DNA from: Candidatus Methylomirabilota bacterium
GTDB lineage: Bacteria; Methylomirabilota; Methylomirabilia; Rokubacteriales; CSP1-6
DNA: 42,170 nt
Reading direction: 5' to 3'
NCBI GenBank assembly: GCA_035249225.1
Contig: DATFGS010000306.1
Location: 1 to 42,170, forward strand
The notes under the pieces were generated by a model. That model saw nothing but the letters and a program-made list of their open reading frames with translations, did not search any database and was not told the origin of the DNA. The stretch's first letter is position 1; each line of letters begins with the position of its first letter. Shown in pieces: positions 24,617 through 33,079 of this stretch. The translations under genes and the position numbers were made by a program.

Positions 24617-25459
24617 GCGGCCTCGTCTCCGGCGCCGCCCCCGCGGCGGGCCGGCGGGGCCGAGCACCCGCATGATCTCCGCCGCCATCAGTCGGCCCCG
24701 GAGGGCAAGCGCCCGCTTCGCCGTCACCGCCCGCGCGGCCGCCGGCCAGCCGAAGTAGCCGAGGCCTCCCGGCGCGATCTCCTCGAAGCGCTTCGCGCCC
24801 TTCCGCAGCGCCGCGCGAAAGTCCACCCACACCGGCGGCAGCCGCCGCGCGATCGCGCGGCGCACCAGGTCCGGGCGGCGCGCCATGACCAGCGCGGTCT
24901 CGAGCTCGCCGGAGTGCCACTCGCCCTCCGGGTTCGGGCTGCGCGACAGCCTGAGCACGCGCGGGTCGAGCATGGCCGCCATGCTCCGCGCCTCCGGGCT
25001 GAAGCCGGCGAACGCGATGCGCAGCCGTCTCCCCCCAGGCCGGCGGGCGGCGGGGCGCGTGAGCGCCCGCTTCGCGTCGGCCATCGCCCGCACGTGGGCC
25101 GGATCGGCCTGGTAGCTCGCGAGCACGAAGCGGTGGAAGCCGTGGCGGATCAGGCTGCCGATCACGTCCACGATCACGCGCCGGAGCGTCGCGCGGGAGA
25201 GCGAGACGGTGCCGGGCCACGTCTCGGCGAGCGGGCTCGCGCCGTACGGAAGCGACGGGGCCAGGATCACGCGATAGCCCGCGCGCTCGAGATGAGGCGT
25301 CACATGACGGGCCAGCTCCTCCGCGCCGAGCCAGTCCACCAGCAGCGGCAGGTGCGGACCGTGCTGCTCGACCGCGCCCAGGGGGAGGATCACGACGGCC
25401 CGCTGGTCCCGGGCCAGGCGCGCGGCCTCAGGCGAGGCGCACTCGGCCAGGCGGATCAC
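24602..25459 (-). CDS. Creatininase-family cyclic amidohydrolase
   Basis: GTG start at 25459. ILPLGAVEQHGPHLPLLVD is the creatininase-family metal-binding motif. Confidence 0.85.
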   Translation of the reverse strand: MIRLAECASPEAARLARDQRAVVILPLGAVEQHGPHLPLLVDWLGAEELARHVTPHLERAGYRVILAPSLPYGASPLAETWPGTVSLSRATLRRVIVDVIGSLIRHGFHRFVLASYQADPAHVRAMADAKRALTRPAARRPGGRRLRIAFAGFSPEARSMAAMLDPRVLRLSRSPNPEGEWHSGELETALVMARRPDLVRRAIARRLPPVWVDFRAALRKGAKRFEEIAPGGLGYFGWPAAARAVTAKRALALRGRLMAAEIMRVLGPAGPPRGRRRRRGRSGRQ

Positions 25460-25460
25460 G

Positions 25461-25490
25461 CCGGAATGTCGTGATGCAAGACCCGACCCC
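25461..25490 (+). repeat. Long-form copy C of the CGGAATG..AAGACCYGACCCC element
   Basis: CCGGAATGTCGTGATGCAAGACCCGACCCC fills the 34 nt gap between the aminotransferase stop and the creatininase start. Confidence 0.7.
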
Positions 25491-25493
25491 CGA

Positions 25494-26813
25494 TCAGGGG
25501 CGTGTCTTCTTCCTCGGCAGCACCTTGAGCGCGTCCTCGCAGGCCTCGAGCGTGCGGGCCACGTCGGCGTCCGTGTGGGCGAGCGACATGTACATCTTCT
25601 GGGTGTTCTTCACCACGCCGCGCTTGATCAGCTCGGTGGTGAAGGTGCGGGCCAGGGCGCCGTCGGCCTTCTGCAGCGACCGATAGTCGGTCACCGGCTC
25701 GCCGGTGAAGAGGACGTCGAAGAGCACGGGCTCGCCTACCACCTGGGCGGGCAGGCCCGACTTCCGGGCCAGCTCGGCGAGGCCGGCCATCAGGCGGCCG
25801 CCGGTGCCGTGGAACCGCTCGTACGCGCCGGGCTTGCGCAGCTCGGCCAGGGTCGCCAGGCCCGCGACGGCCGCGATCGGATTGCCGTTGAGCGTGCCGG
25901 ATTGCGAGATGAAGTCGCCCTTGCCGTCCTGTCCGGGATCGAAGGGCCGCATCAGGTCGGCGGAGGCGCAGACCGCGGCGAGGGGGAAGCCGCCGCCCAC
26001 GATCTTGCCGACGCAGGCGATGTCCGGCACCACGCCGTAGTACTGCTGGGCGCCGCCGTAGGCCAGGCGGAAGCCGGTGACGACCTCGTCGAAGACCAGC
26101 AGGATGCCGTGGCGCCGCGTGATCTCGCGCAGGCCCTGCAGGAACCCGGGCTGAGGCGGGATCAGCCGCTGGAACGGCTCGATGATCACCGCGGCCAGCT
26201 CGTCGGCGTGGGTGGCCACGATGCCCTCGACCGTCGCCAGGTCGTTGAAGGGCGCGATCAGCACCTCGGCCTCCAGCGAGTGCGGGATGCCGGACGAGTC
26301 CGGGACCGGCGCGGGGAAGGCCTTGGGCGAGCGCGGGGTCGAGCTCATCATCGAGTAGTCGTGGGCGCCGTGGTAGCCGCCCTCGAACTTGAGGATCTTG
26401 TCGCGCTGCCGCGCGGTGCGGGCCACGCGCAGGGCGAAGAAGGTGGCCTCCGAGCCCGTCGAGGTGAAGCGCACCTGCTCGGCGCACGGCACCGCGCGGC
26501 AGATCTCCTCGGCCAGCTCGATGATCGGCTCGGTCACCATGAAGTAGGTGGTGCCGCTCTCGAGCTGCGCGCGCACCGCGGCCACCACCGCGGGATGGGC
26601 GTGGCCCAGCACCATCGGCCCCGAGGCCATCACGTAGTCGATGTACTCGCGGCCGCTCACGTCGTAGATCTTCGAGCCCTTGCCGTGCTTGACCACGAAG
26701 CCCACGTCGTCGGCGTAGCGGGAGGTGCCGAGCACGCCGCCGGGCAGGCGCTGGCGGGCGCGGTCGAGGAGCTTGGTCTCTGCGGCGGAGCGGGTCGTGA
26801 TCGGGTCGGCCAT
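25494..26813 (-). CDS. Class III (omega) aminotransferase, glutamate-1-semialdehyde aminomutase-like
   Basis: ATG at 26813. TSTGSEATFFALRVAR, and a PLP lysine context CVGKIVGGGFPL similar to HemL. Confidence 0.88.
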   Translation of the reverse strand: MADPITTRSAAETKLLDRARQRLPGGVLGTSRYADDVGFVVKHGKGSKIYDVSGREYIDYVMASGPMVLGHAHPAVVAAVRAQLESGTTYFMVTEPIIELAEEICRAVPCAEQVRFTSTGSEATFFALRVARTARQRDKILKFEGGYHGAHDYSMMSSTPRSPKAFPAPVPDSSGIPHSLEAEVLIAPFNDLATVEGIVATHADELAAVIIEPFQRLIPPQPGFLQGLREITRRHGILLVFDEVVTGFRLAYGGAQQYYGVVPDIACVGKIVGGGFPLAAVCASADLMRPFDPGQDGKGDFISQSGTLNGNPIAAVAGLATLAELRKPGAYERFHGTGGRLMAGLAELARKSGLPAQVVGEPVLFDVLFTGEPVTDYRSLQKADGALARTFTTELIKRGVVKNTQKMYMSLAHTDADVARTLEACEDALKVLPRKKTRP

Positions 26814-26824
26814 GGTGGATGTCC

Positions 26825-27358
26825 TCAGGACGCGGTCGGTGTCGAGAAGCGCTGTGCGTTGCCCATGTTCGGCCAGGCGAAGGCCTGCACGTTGGCCATC
26901 ATCTGGCGGATGTGGTTGCGGTCGTGGAACACCCACTCGTGGAGCAGATCGCCCACGGTCAGCCGGCCGACCTTGGGATGCTGCCCGCCCCGGGCCAGGT
27001 CCGCCCGCGACAGCCCGGCCACCTGCGCGACGCTGGCGCTGCGAAGCTGCAGGAACTCGTGATAGAGCGTGGGCCAGTCCCGCGCGCAGTCCTTCCGGGC
27101 GCGGGCGACCGCCTCCTGGTCCCAGCCCTCTAGGGCGGCCCGCTCCTCGCTCTTGAGAATGATGCGGATCCGCCCCGAGAAGCCGCGCCTCTCGCACTCG
27201 ATGAGGTGGCCGAGCACTTCCTTCGCGCACCACTCTCCGTCCGCCGGGTGGAACTCGAGCACCGAGGCCGGCAGCGCGGCCAGCTCTGCGTGGATCGTCG
27301 CGGCCGCGGACTGCAGCAGCGCCGCGACGGCCGATGGTTCCAGCGGCTCGGGGGTCAT
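26825..27358 (-). CDS. DinB family protein
   Basis: ATG at 27358. EVLGHLIECE and HDRNHIRQM are DinB-type His ligands in a four-helix-bundle pattern. Confidence 0.8.
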   Translation of the reverse strand: MTPEPLEPSAVAALLQSAAATIHAELAALPASVLEFHPADGEWCAKEVLGHLIECERRGFSGRIRIILKSEERAALEGWDQEAVARARKDCARDWPTLYHEFLQLRSASVAQVAGLSRADLARGGQHPKVGRLTVGDLLHEWVFHDRNHIRQMMANVQAFAWPNMGNAQRFSTPTAS

Positions 27359-27378
27359 GTTCGCGCCGGGGGAAAGGC

Positions 27379-27921
27379 CTAGTCGCGAATCACGAGCTCG
27401 GCGACGGGGACGCCGGATCGAAAGCGGCGGACCAGGTCGTCGGGCTCGAACTCGACGCCGATCGGGTTGCGGTCGAAGGCGGGCGAGAGCATCCACGCCT
27501 GCCCCTCCTCCGCGGTGGCGAAGTTGTCGATCTGCAGCTCGACGCGGTTGCCGTCGGGGTCGACGTAGTACATGGAGGTCGTCGGCCCGTGGTTGATCGA
27601 GCGGAACGGGCGGATGCCCCTCGCGGCGAGCCGCTCGTAGTTGCCGAGCAGCTCGCCCATGGAGCCGAACGTGAACGCGACGTGATGGAGGCCCGGCTGA
27701 TCGGTGGGCCGGTACCGGAGGTCGCCGCCCGTCAGGTCCCGGGCGGCGAGGGGGCCGAAATCGATGAAGGCCACGCGGTGATGCTCGTCGTCGTAGGTGA
27801 CGAAGCAGAGCTGGGCGTTCTCGTAGATGACGCGCCCGTCCAGCACCGTGCAGTACCAGTCCCGCATCGCGGGCAGGCGGTTGGTCTGGAAGACAAGGTG
27901 CGCGAGCTTGGTCGGCGGCAT
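27379..27921 (-). CDS. VOC family protein (extradiol dioxygenase/glyoxalase-like, single module)
   Basis: LAHLVFQT...HHVAF...YYVDPDGNRVEL carries VOC metal ligands. Resembles small BphC-type dioxygenases. Confidence 0.8.
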   Translation of the reverse strand: MPPTKLAHLVFQTNRLPAMRDWYCTVLDGRVIYENAQLCFVTYDDEHHRVAFIDFGPLAARDLTGGDLRYRPTDQPGLHHVAFTFGSMGELLGNYERLAARGIRPFRSINHGPTTSMYYVDPDGNRVELQIDNFATAEEGQAWMLSPAFDRNPIGVEFEPDDLVRRFRSGVPVAELVIRD

Positions 27922-27931
27922 CGTCGCCTCC

Positions 27932-28549
27932 CTACTGCAGCGGCGAGAACGCCGAGGGCATCACGATCTTGCTCGATTGCGCGATCAGCTCGTCGCCCCC
28001 GCCCGCCGGCGGCCAGATGCCCGCCTTGCGCGCCTGCTCCCGGACGGCCAGCCGCTGGTCCATGCTCTTGTAGCCCCAGATGTGGACGAACCGGTTCGCG
28101 GCGCCGAACTCCACCCCGGCCGCCAGCACCAGCGGCGAGAGCTTGGTCCGCTCCGCGATGGCGCCCTCCCAGCGCTTCGCGACGCCGGGCAGCGACCCGG
28201 CCATGAGGCTGTAGCGCCGGATCTCGAAGATCGGGCCCAGCGTGCCCGGCGTGATGTCGGGAACGAAGGAGAGCGGGGTCAGGATCTCCACGTCCTGGTC
28301 GACGACGAACTCGCGGATCTTGGGCGGCCAGTTGGCGTCCTTGGACGCCTCGGCGCGGATGCGGGCGCGCTCGGCGAGGTCCTTGTAGCCCCACACGTGG
28401 ATGATCTCGTTGAGCGGGCCGATCTCGGTGTGCCAGAAAGCGGTGAGCGGCGAGTACTTCTTGCGGTACTCGTAGGCCTCGGCGTAGCGCTTCTCCACCT
28501 CGGCCAGGCTGCGGGGCTTGAGCGTGTAGGTCCGGAACTCGTAGATCAT
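27932..28549 (-). CDS. NIPSNAP family protein (two NIPSNAP repeats)
   Basis: ATG at 28549 after GAGGGAG. MIYEFRTYTLKP and IFEIRRYSL are the starts of two NIPSNAP domains. Confidence 0.85.
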   Translation of the reverse strand: MIYEFRTYTLKPRSLAEVEKRYAEAYEYRKKYSPLTAFWHTEIGPLNEIIHVWGYKDLAERARIRAEASKDANWPPKIREFVVDQDVEILTPLSFVPDITPGTLGPIFEIRRYSLMAGSLPGVAKRWEGAIAERTKLSPLVLAAGVEFGAANRFVHIWGYKSMDQRLAVREQARKAGIWPPAGGGDELIAQSSKIVMPSAFSPLQ

Positions 28550-28662
28550 CGCCGATCTCCCTCGTGCCTTGGCTGTGCTCGTTGCGCGTCCGGGATCGCC
28601 GCCACCACGGCGGCACCCGCGAAGTCTGCGCCCCAATTCCGGAGACGTCAAGCCGCGGTCGG

Positions 28663-28671
28663 TGCTAGGGT
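28663..28671 (+). promoter_or_regulatory. Extended -10 promoter candidate (TGcTAGGGT), near-leaderless LLM transcript
   Basis: TGCTAGGGT ends 10 nt before the ATG at 28682. There is no SD in between. Confidence 0.35.
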
Positions 28672-28681
28672 GTGGCCGGTC

Positions 28682-29695
28682 ATGACCCCCGCCACCGCGC
28701 GGTTCGGCATCGTGCTGCTCCCGGAGTCGCTCGGCGATTTCGGCGAGCTCTGCCGCGAGACCGAGGCCAGCGGCTTCGACTGGCTCGGCGTCGCCGACTC
28801 GCAGTCGGTCTTCCGCGAGCTCTACGTCGCGCTCACGCTGGCCGCCCTCAGTACCCGCCGCCTGAGGCTGGGGCCGCTCGTCACCAATCCCCTGACCCGG
28901 CACCTGGTGGTGACCGCGAGCGCCATCGCCAGCGTGGACGAGCTGGCGGGCGGGCGCGCGGTCCTCGGCCTGGGCTCGGGCGACAGCGCGATCTACACGA
29001 TCGGCGCGCCGCCCGCCACCCTGGCCGGCCTCGAGGACTCGATCGCGACGCTGGGCCGCCTGACCACCGGCGAGACGGTGGATCGCGGCGGACGGCCCTG
29101 GCGCGTGCATCGCGCGACGCGCCGCGTCCCGATCTACCTGGCCGCCGAGGGCCCGCGCACGCTCGAGCTGGCCGGCCGGGTGGCCGACGGGGTCATCTGC
29201 GGTCTCGGCCTCACCCCGGAGGTGATCGCGCTCTCGCTCGCCGCGATCGAGCGCGGCGCGCGCGCGGCGGGCCGCACGCTCGACGACATCGACGTCTGGT
29301 GGTTCGCCAAGACCAGCCTGGCCGACACGCGGGCCGCCGCGATCGAGCCGATCAAGATGGCGCTGGCCGCGAGCGCCAACCACGCCTTCCGCTTCACGCT
29401 CGAGGGCAAGGGCGTGCCGCCCGACCTGCACGAGAAGATCCGCGCGCTCCAGCGCGAGTACAACGCGCACCACCACGAGATCCCCGGCGCCGCCAACGCG
29501 AGCCTGCCCGACCGGTGGGACCTCACCGAGTTCCTGGCCGATCGCTTCGCGGTCGCGGGCAGCCCCGCCGACTGCGTGGCCCAGCTCCGGCGCGCGATGG
29601 GGGCGGGGGCGCGCCAGTTCATGATCACCGGCTTCGTGCCGGATCCGCGCGCCTTCGTACGCCGGTGGATGAAGGAGGTCGCCGGCGCTCTTTGA
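28682..29695 (+). CDS. LLM-class (luciferase-like) flavin/F420-dependent oxidoreductase
   Basis: ATG at 28682 (alternative GTG at 28670). GFDWLGVADSQ, LGPLVTNP and LGLGSGD are typical of F420-dependent LLM proteins. Confidence 0.85.
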   Translation: MTPATARFGIVLLPESLGDFGELCRETEASGFDWLGVADSQSVFRELYVALTLAALSTRRLRLGPLVTNPLTRHLVVTASAIASVDELAGGRAVLGLGSGDSAIYTIGAPPATLAGLEDSIATLGRLTTGETVDRGGRPWRVHRATRRVPIYLAAEGPRTLELAGRVADGVICGLGLTPEVIALSLAAIERGARAAGRTLDDIDVWWFAKTSLADTRAAAIEPIKMALAASANHAFRFTLEGKGVPPDLHEKIRALQREYNAHHHEIPGAANASLPDRWDLTEFLADRFAVAGSPADCVAQLRRAMGAGARQFMITGFVPDPRAFVRRWMKEVAGAL

Positions 29696-30945
29696 TCCTC
29701 GCCGCCTTCCGCGTCCGCAGCTTCCGCTTCCAGTGGCCCGCCGACCTCCTCACCTCCTGGGCGTTCGAGATGGAGACGCTCGTCCTGGGCTGGTACGTGA
29801 TGGTGCAGACCGGCTCGGTGCTGCTGCTCACCCTCTTCGGCTCCGCGCAGTTCCTCGGCACCCTCGCCGCCCCCATGTTCGGCGTGCTCGGCGACCGGGT
29901 GGGCGGACGCCTCATGCTCTGCGCGATGCGCGCGATCTACGCCGCGCTCGCGCTGGCCGTCATGGTGCTGGCCTTCACCGGCCGGCTGACGCCCGCCTGG
30001 GCCATCGCGCTCGCCGCGCTGAACGGCGTCGTCCGCCCGAACGACCTCGTGATGCGCAATGCCCTGATCGGCGAGACCATCCCGCCCGACCACCTGATGG
30101 GCGCGCTCGGCATGTCGCGCGCCACCATGGACTCCGCGCGGGTCGGCGGGGCGCTGGCGGGCGCCGGGCTGTCCACGATGCTGGGCATCGGGCTCACCTA
30201 CGTGTTCGTGACGTGCTTCTACCTGGCGAGCCTGGCGCTCACGTTCGGGGTGGCGCGGGCGCGGCCGGTACCGGATTTCGCGGCCCCCTCACCCTACCCT
30301 CTCCCCCTCTCGGGGGAGAGGGATTGGGGATGGCGGGAGCTCCAGGACGGGGTCGCGCACATCCTGAGCCGGCCGCAGCTCCTGGCGCCGATGTGGCTCG
30401 CGTTCCTGATCAACCTCACCGCGTACCCCGCCTCGGGCGGCCTGCTGCCCTACATCGCGCAGCGCGTGTACCAGGTGGACGCGACGGGCCTCGGCTGGCT
30501 CGCGGCCGCGTTCTCGTTCGGAGCGCTGCTCGCCTCGATCGCGATGGTGGTCACCGGCGGGCCCGCCCACCCGGAGCGCTACACGCTCGTGCACACCGTG
30601 CTCTGGTACGCGCTGCTGCTTGTCTTCGCGTACGTGCCGAACCTGGGAGGCGGCCTGCTCGTGCTGCTGGTCACCGGCTTCGTGCAGAGCGTGGCGATGA
30701 TCTCGATGACCGCGACGCTGCTCACCGCCTCGGGCCCCGGCTTCCGCGCCCGGGTGATGGGGGTGCGCTCGCTCTGCGTCTACGGCCTGCCGATCGGGCT
30801 CATCGCCTCCGGCGCGCTCATCGAGCGGATCGGCTACCCGCTCACCATCACCGTGATGGCGGCGCTGGGGCTCGTCTTCACCGCGCTCATCGCGGCCCGG
30901 TGGCGCGCGGCCATGTGGGGCCGGGCTCGCGCGGTCGCGGCGTGA
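29692..30945 (+). CDS. MFS transporter
   Basis: TTG at 29692 overlaps the LLM stop (TTGA), 13 nt after GAAGGAGG. 12-TM-like profile. The central loop contains a REP-derived insert. Confidence 0.82.
   Translation: MILAAFRVRSFRFQWPADLLTSWAFEMETLVLGWYVMVQTGSVLLLTLFGSAQFLGTLAAPMFGVLGDRVGGRLMLCAMRAIYAALALAVMVLAFTGRLTPAWAIALAALNGVVRPNDLVMRNALIGETIPPDHLMGALGMSRATMDSARVGGALAGAGLSTMLGIGLTYVFVTCFYLASLALTFGVARARPVPDFAAPSPYPLPLSGERDWGWRELQDGVAHILSRPQLLAPMWLAFLINLTAYPASGGLLPYIAQRVYQVDATGLGWLAAAFSFGALLASIAMVVTGGPAHPERYTLVHTVLWYALLLVFAYVPNLGGGLLVLLVTGFVQSVAMISMTATLLTASGPGFRARVMGVRSLCVYGLPIGLIASGALIERIGYPLTITVMAALGLVFTALIAARWRAAMWGRARAVAA
30284..30330 (+). repeat. REP-like palindromic element embedded in frame in the MFS gene
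   Basis: CCCCCTCACCCTA precedes the stem. CCCTCTCCCCC (30297-30307) pairs perfectly with GGGGGAGAGGG (30312-30322) across a 4 nt loop. Translated as APSPYPLPLSGERDWG. Confidence 0.8.
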
Positions 30946-30947
30946 AG

Positions 30948-30990
30948 CCCCTCACCCTGCCCTCTCCCCTGAGGGGAGAGGGAGATTTGC
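30948..30990 (+). repeat. REP-like palindromic element just 3' of the MFS stop (terminator-like)
   Basis: CCCCTCACCCTG precedes the stem. CCCTCTCCCC (30960-30969) pairs perfectly with GGGGAGAGGG (30973-30982) across a 3 nt loop. It shares the 5' flank with the intragenic copy. Confidence 0.8.
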
Positions 30991-31034
30991 GGTACACTTC
31001 GGCGCACCGGTAACCCAGCGCGGGGAGGCGACTG

Positions 31035-32300
31035 ATGAAATTCACCTGGTTCAACCTGATGCCCTGGCCGTACCTTCCCGACGACTTCCGCGAGCAGAAC
31101 CGCTCGGTCTGGGTGGACATCCCGAGCAAGCTCTACGATCCGAAGAAGGGCCACTTCGTCTACCACCAGTACATGGACCAGCTCGAGTACGCGGAGTCGC
31201 TCGGCTTCGACGGCATCGGGTGCAACGAGCACCACCAGAACGGCTACGGGCTCATGCCCTCCCCGAACCTGATCGCGGCGGGCCTCGCCCGCCGGACCAG
31301 TCGCGCTGCGATTTGTGTGATCGGCAACTCGATCGCGGGCTACAACCCGCCGATCCGGGTGGCCGAGGAGTTCGCGATGCTCGACGTCATCTCGGGCGGG
31401 CGCCTCGTGGCGGGCTTCCCGGTCGGCACCCCGATGGACACCAACTTCTGCTACGGCCAGATCCCCGCGCTGACCCGCGACAAGTACAAGGAAGCGCACG
31501 ACATGATCATGAAGGCGTGGGCGGAGGACGAGCCCTTCGCCTTCGACGGCAAGTACAACCAGCTCCGCTGGGTGAACTGCTGGCCCAAGCCGATCCAGAA
31601 GCCGCACCCGCCCATCTACATCCCGGGGGGCGGCTCGATCGAGACGTGGGACTTCTGCCTCGACTACGACTACAACTACTCGTATCTGTCGTTCTACGGC
31701 TACCTGCGCGGCAAGTCCCTGCTCGAGGGCTACTGGGACCGGGTGGCCAAGCGCGGCAAGGACGACTCGCCCTTCCGCGCCGCCTTCGCCCAGATCATCT
31801 GCGTGGCCGACACCGACGCGGAGGCCGAGGAGCTCTACGCCGAGCACTGCCTCTACTTCTTCAACCGGTGCCTGCACGTGTTCCCGCCCTTCGCGGACCC
31901 GCCGGGCTACCGCACCGTGAACACCATCAAGTACGGCGCGCTCTCCCAGCTCCGCCTCGAGGCGCAGAAGCTGATGGCCAACCTCACCTGGAAGCAGCTC
32001 GTGGAGGAGCGCTTCATCATCGCGGGCAGCCCGGAGACGGTGCGCCAGCAGCTCGAGGAGTGCATCACCGGCCTGCGGATCGGCCACCTCTTCTGCCTGC
32101 TCCACACCGGCAACATGCCGGACTGGAAGACGCGGCACTCCACCAAGCTCTTCGCCGAGAAGGTCATGCCGCACCTGCGCAACCTCTGGCCCGAATGGAA
32201 GCACGACGACCGCTGGTGGATCCACCCGATGGAGGACCGCCTCCGTCCCGAGGAGATGCAGCCCGGCGCGGAGAAGCCCGGGCAGGAGTGGCCGGCATGA
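31035..32300 (+). CDS. LLM-class flavin-dependent oxidoreductase (about 420 aa subfamily)
   Basis: ATG at 31035 after GGGGAGG. LGFDGIGCNEHHQ and PIRVAEEFAMLDVISGGRL are luciferase-like monooxygenase motifs. Confidence 0.85.
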   Translation: MKFTWFNLMPWPYLPDDFREQNRSVWVDIPSKLYDPKKGHFVYHQYMDQLEYAESLGFDGIGCNEHHQNGYGLMPSPNLIAAGLARRTSRAAICVIGNSIAGYNPPIRVAEEFAMLDVISGGRLVAGFPVGTPMDTNFCYGQIPALTRDKYKEAHDMIMKAWAEDEPFAFDGKYNQLRWVNCWPKPIQKPHPPIYIPGGGSIETWDFCLDYDYNYSYLSFYGYLRGKSLLEGYWDRVAKRGKDDSPFRAAFAQIICVADTDAEAEELYAEHCLYFFNRCLHVFPPFADPPGYRTVNTIKYGALSQLRLEAQKLMANLTWKQLVEERFIIAGSPETVRQQLEECITGLRIGHLFCLLHTGNMPDWKTRHSTKLFAEKVMPHLRNLWPEWKHDDRWWIHPMEDRLRPEEMQPGAEKPGQEWPA

Positions 32301-33079
32301 AGGCGCACACCGTCGAGACGAAGCGCGGCGCGCGCTGCCGCGTGCTCGAGGGCGGCAGCGGCGTGCCGCTCGTGTTCCTCCACGGGGCGGGCGGCCTCCT
32401 CGCCGACAACCCCTTCCTCGACCAGCTCGCCGCGCGCTATCACGTCTTCGCGCCCGAGCTGCCGGGCTACGGCGACTCCACCGGGGACGAGCTCCTCGAG
32501 GACATGCTCGACTTCACGCTGCACGGCTGGGACGTGGTCGCCGCGCTCGGGCTCACCCGTCCGCACCTGGTCGGCCACTCGATGGGCGGCATGATCGCGG
32601 CCGAGATGGCGGCGGTCGCGCCGCGGGACCTCGACCGGCTCGTGCTCGTCGGCGCGGCCGGGCTCTGGATCGAGGAGCATCCGATCCCCGACATCTTCGC
32701 GATGCTCCCCGGGCAGCTCGTCGAGCTGCTCTTCCAGGATCCGGTCGCGGGCATGGCGCTCCTCACCGGCGGCGCGGATTTCTCCGACATGGAGGTCTTC
32801 AAGACCTACTACCTCGCCCAGCAGCGGCGGCTCGCGATGGCGGGCAAGATCCTGTTCCCGATCCCGAACCGCCGCGTCTCGAAGCGGCTCTACCGCGTGA
32901 CCGCCCGGACCCTCGTGCTCTGGGGCGGCGCGGACCGGCTGATCGTGCCGGCCTACGCCGAGCGCTGGGGCCGGCTGATCCCGGGCGCGACGGTGGAGCG
33001 CATTCCCGACGCCGGGCACATGCTGCCGTACGAGCAGCCGACCGCCTTCGTCGGCGCGGTCTCCCGCTTCCTCGGATGA
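32297..33079 (+). CDS. Alpha/beta hydrolase (meta-cleavage-product hydrolase-like)
   Basis: ATGA overlap with the LLM stop. HGAGG oxyanion region, nucleophile elbow GHSMGG, and a C-terminal DAGH containing the catalytic His. Confidence 0.85.
   Translation: MKAHTVETKRGARCRVLEGGSGVPLVFLHGAGGLLADNPFLDQLAARYHVFAPELPGYGDSTGDELLEDMLDFTLHGWDVVAALGLTRPHLVGHSMGGMIAAEMAAVAPRDLDRLVLVGAAGLWIEEHPIPDIFAMLPGQLVELLFQDPVAGMALLTGGADFSDMEVFKTYYLAQQRRLAMAGKILFPIPNRRVSKRLYRVTARTLVLWGGADRLIVPAYAERWGRLIPGATVERIPDAGHMLPYEQPTAFVGAVSRFLG

Noticed and set aside
24602-25459. The creatininase-family gene as MftE of a mycofactocin cluster.
   Set aside because: No mftA precursor, mftB, radical-SAM mftC, mftD or glycosyltransferase is present anywhere in the window.
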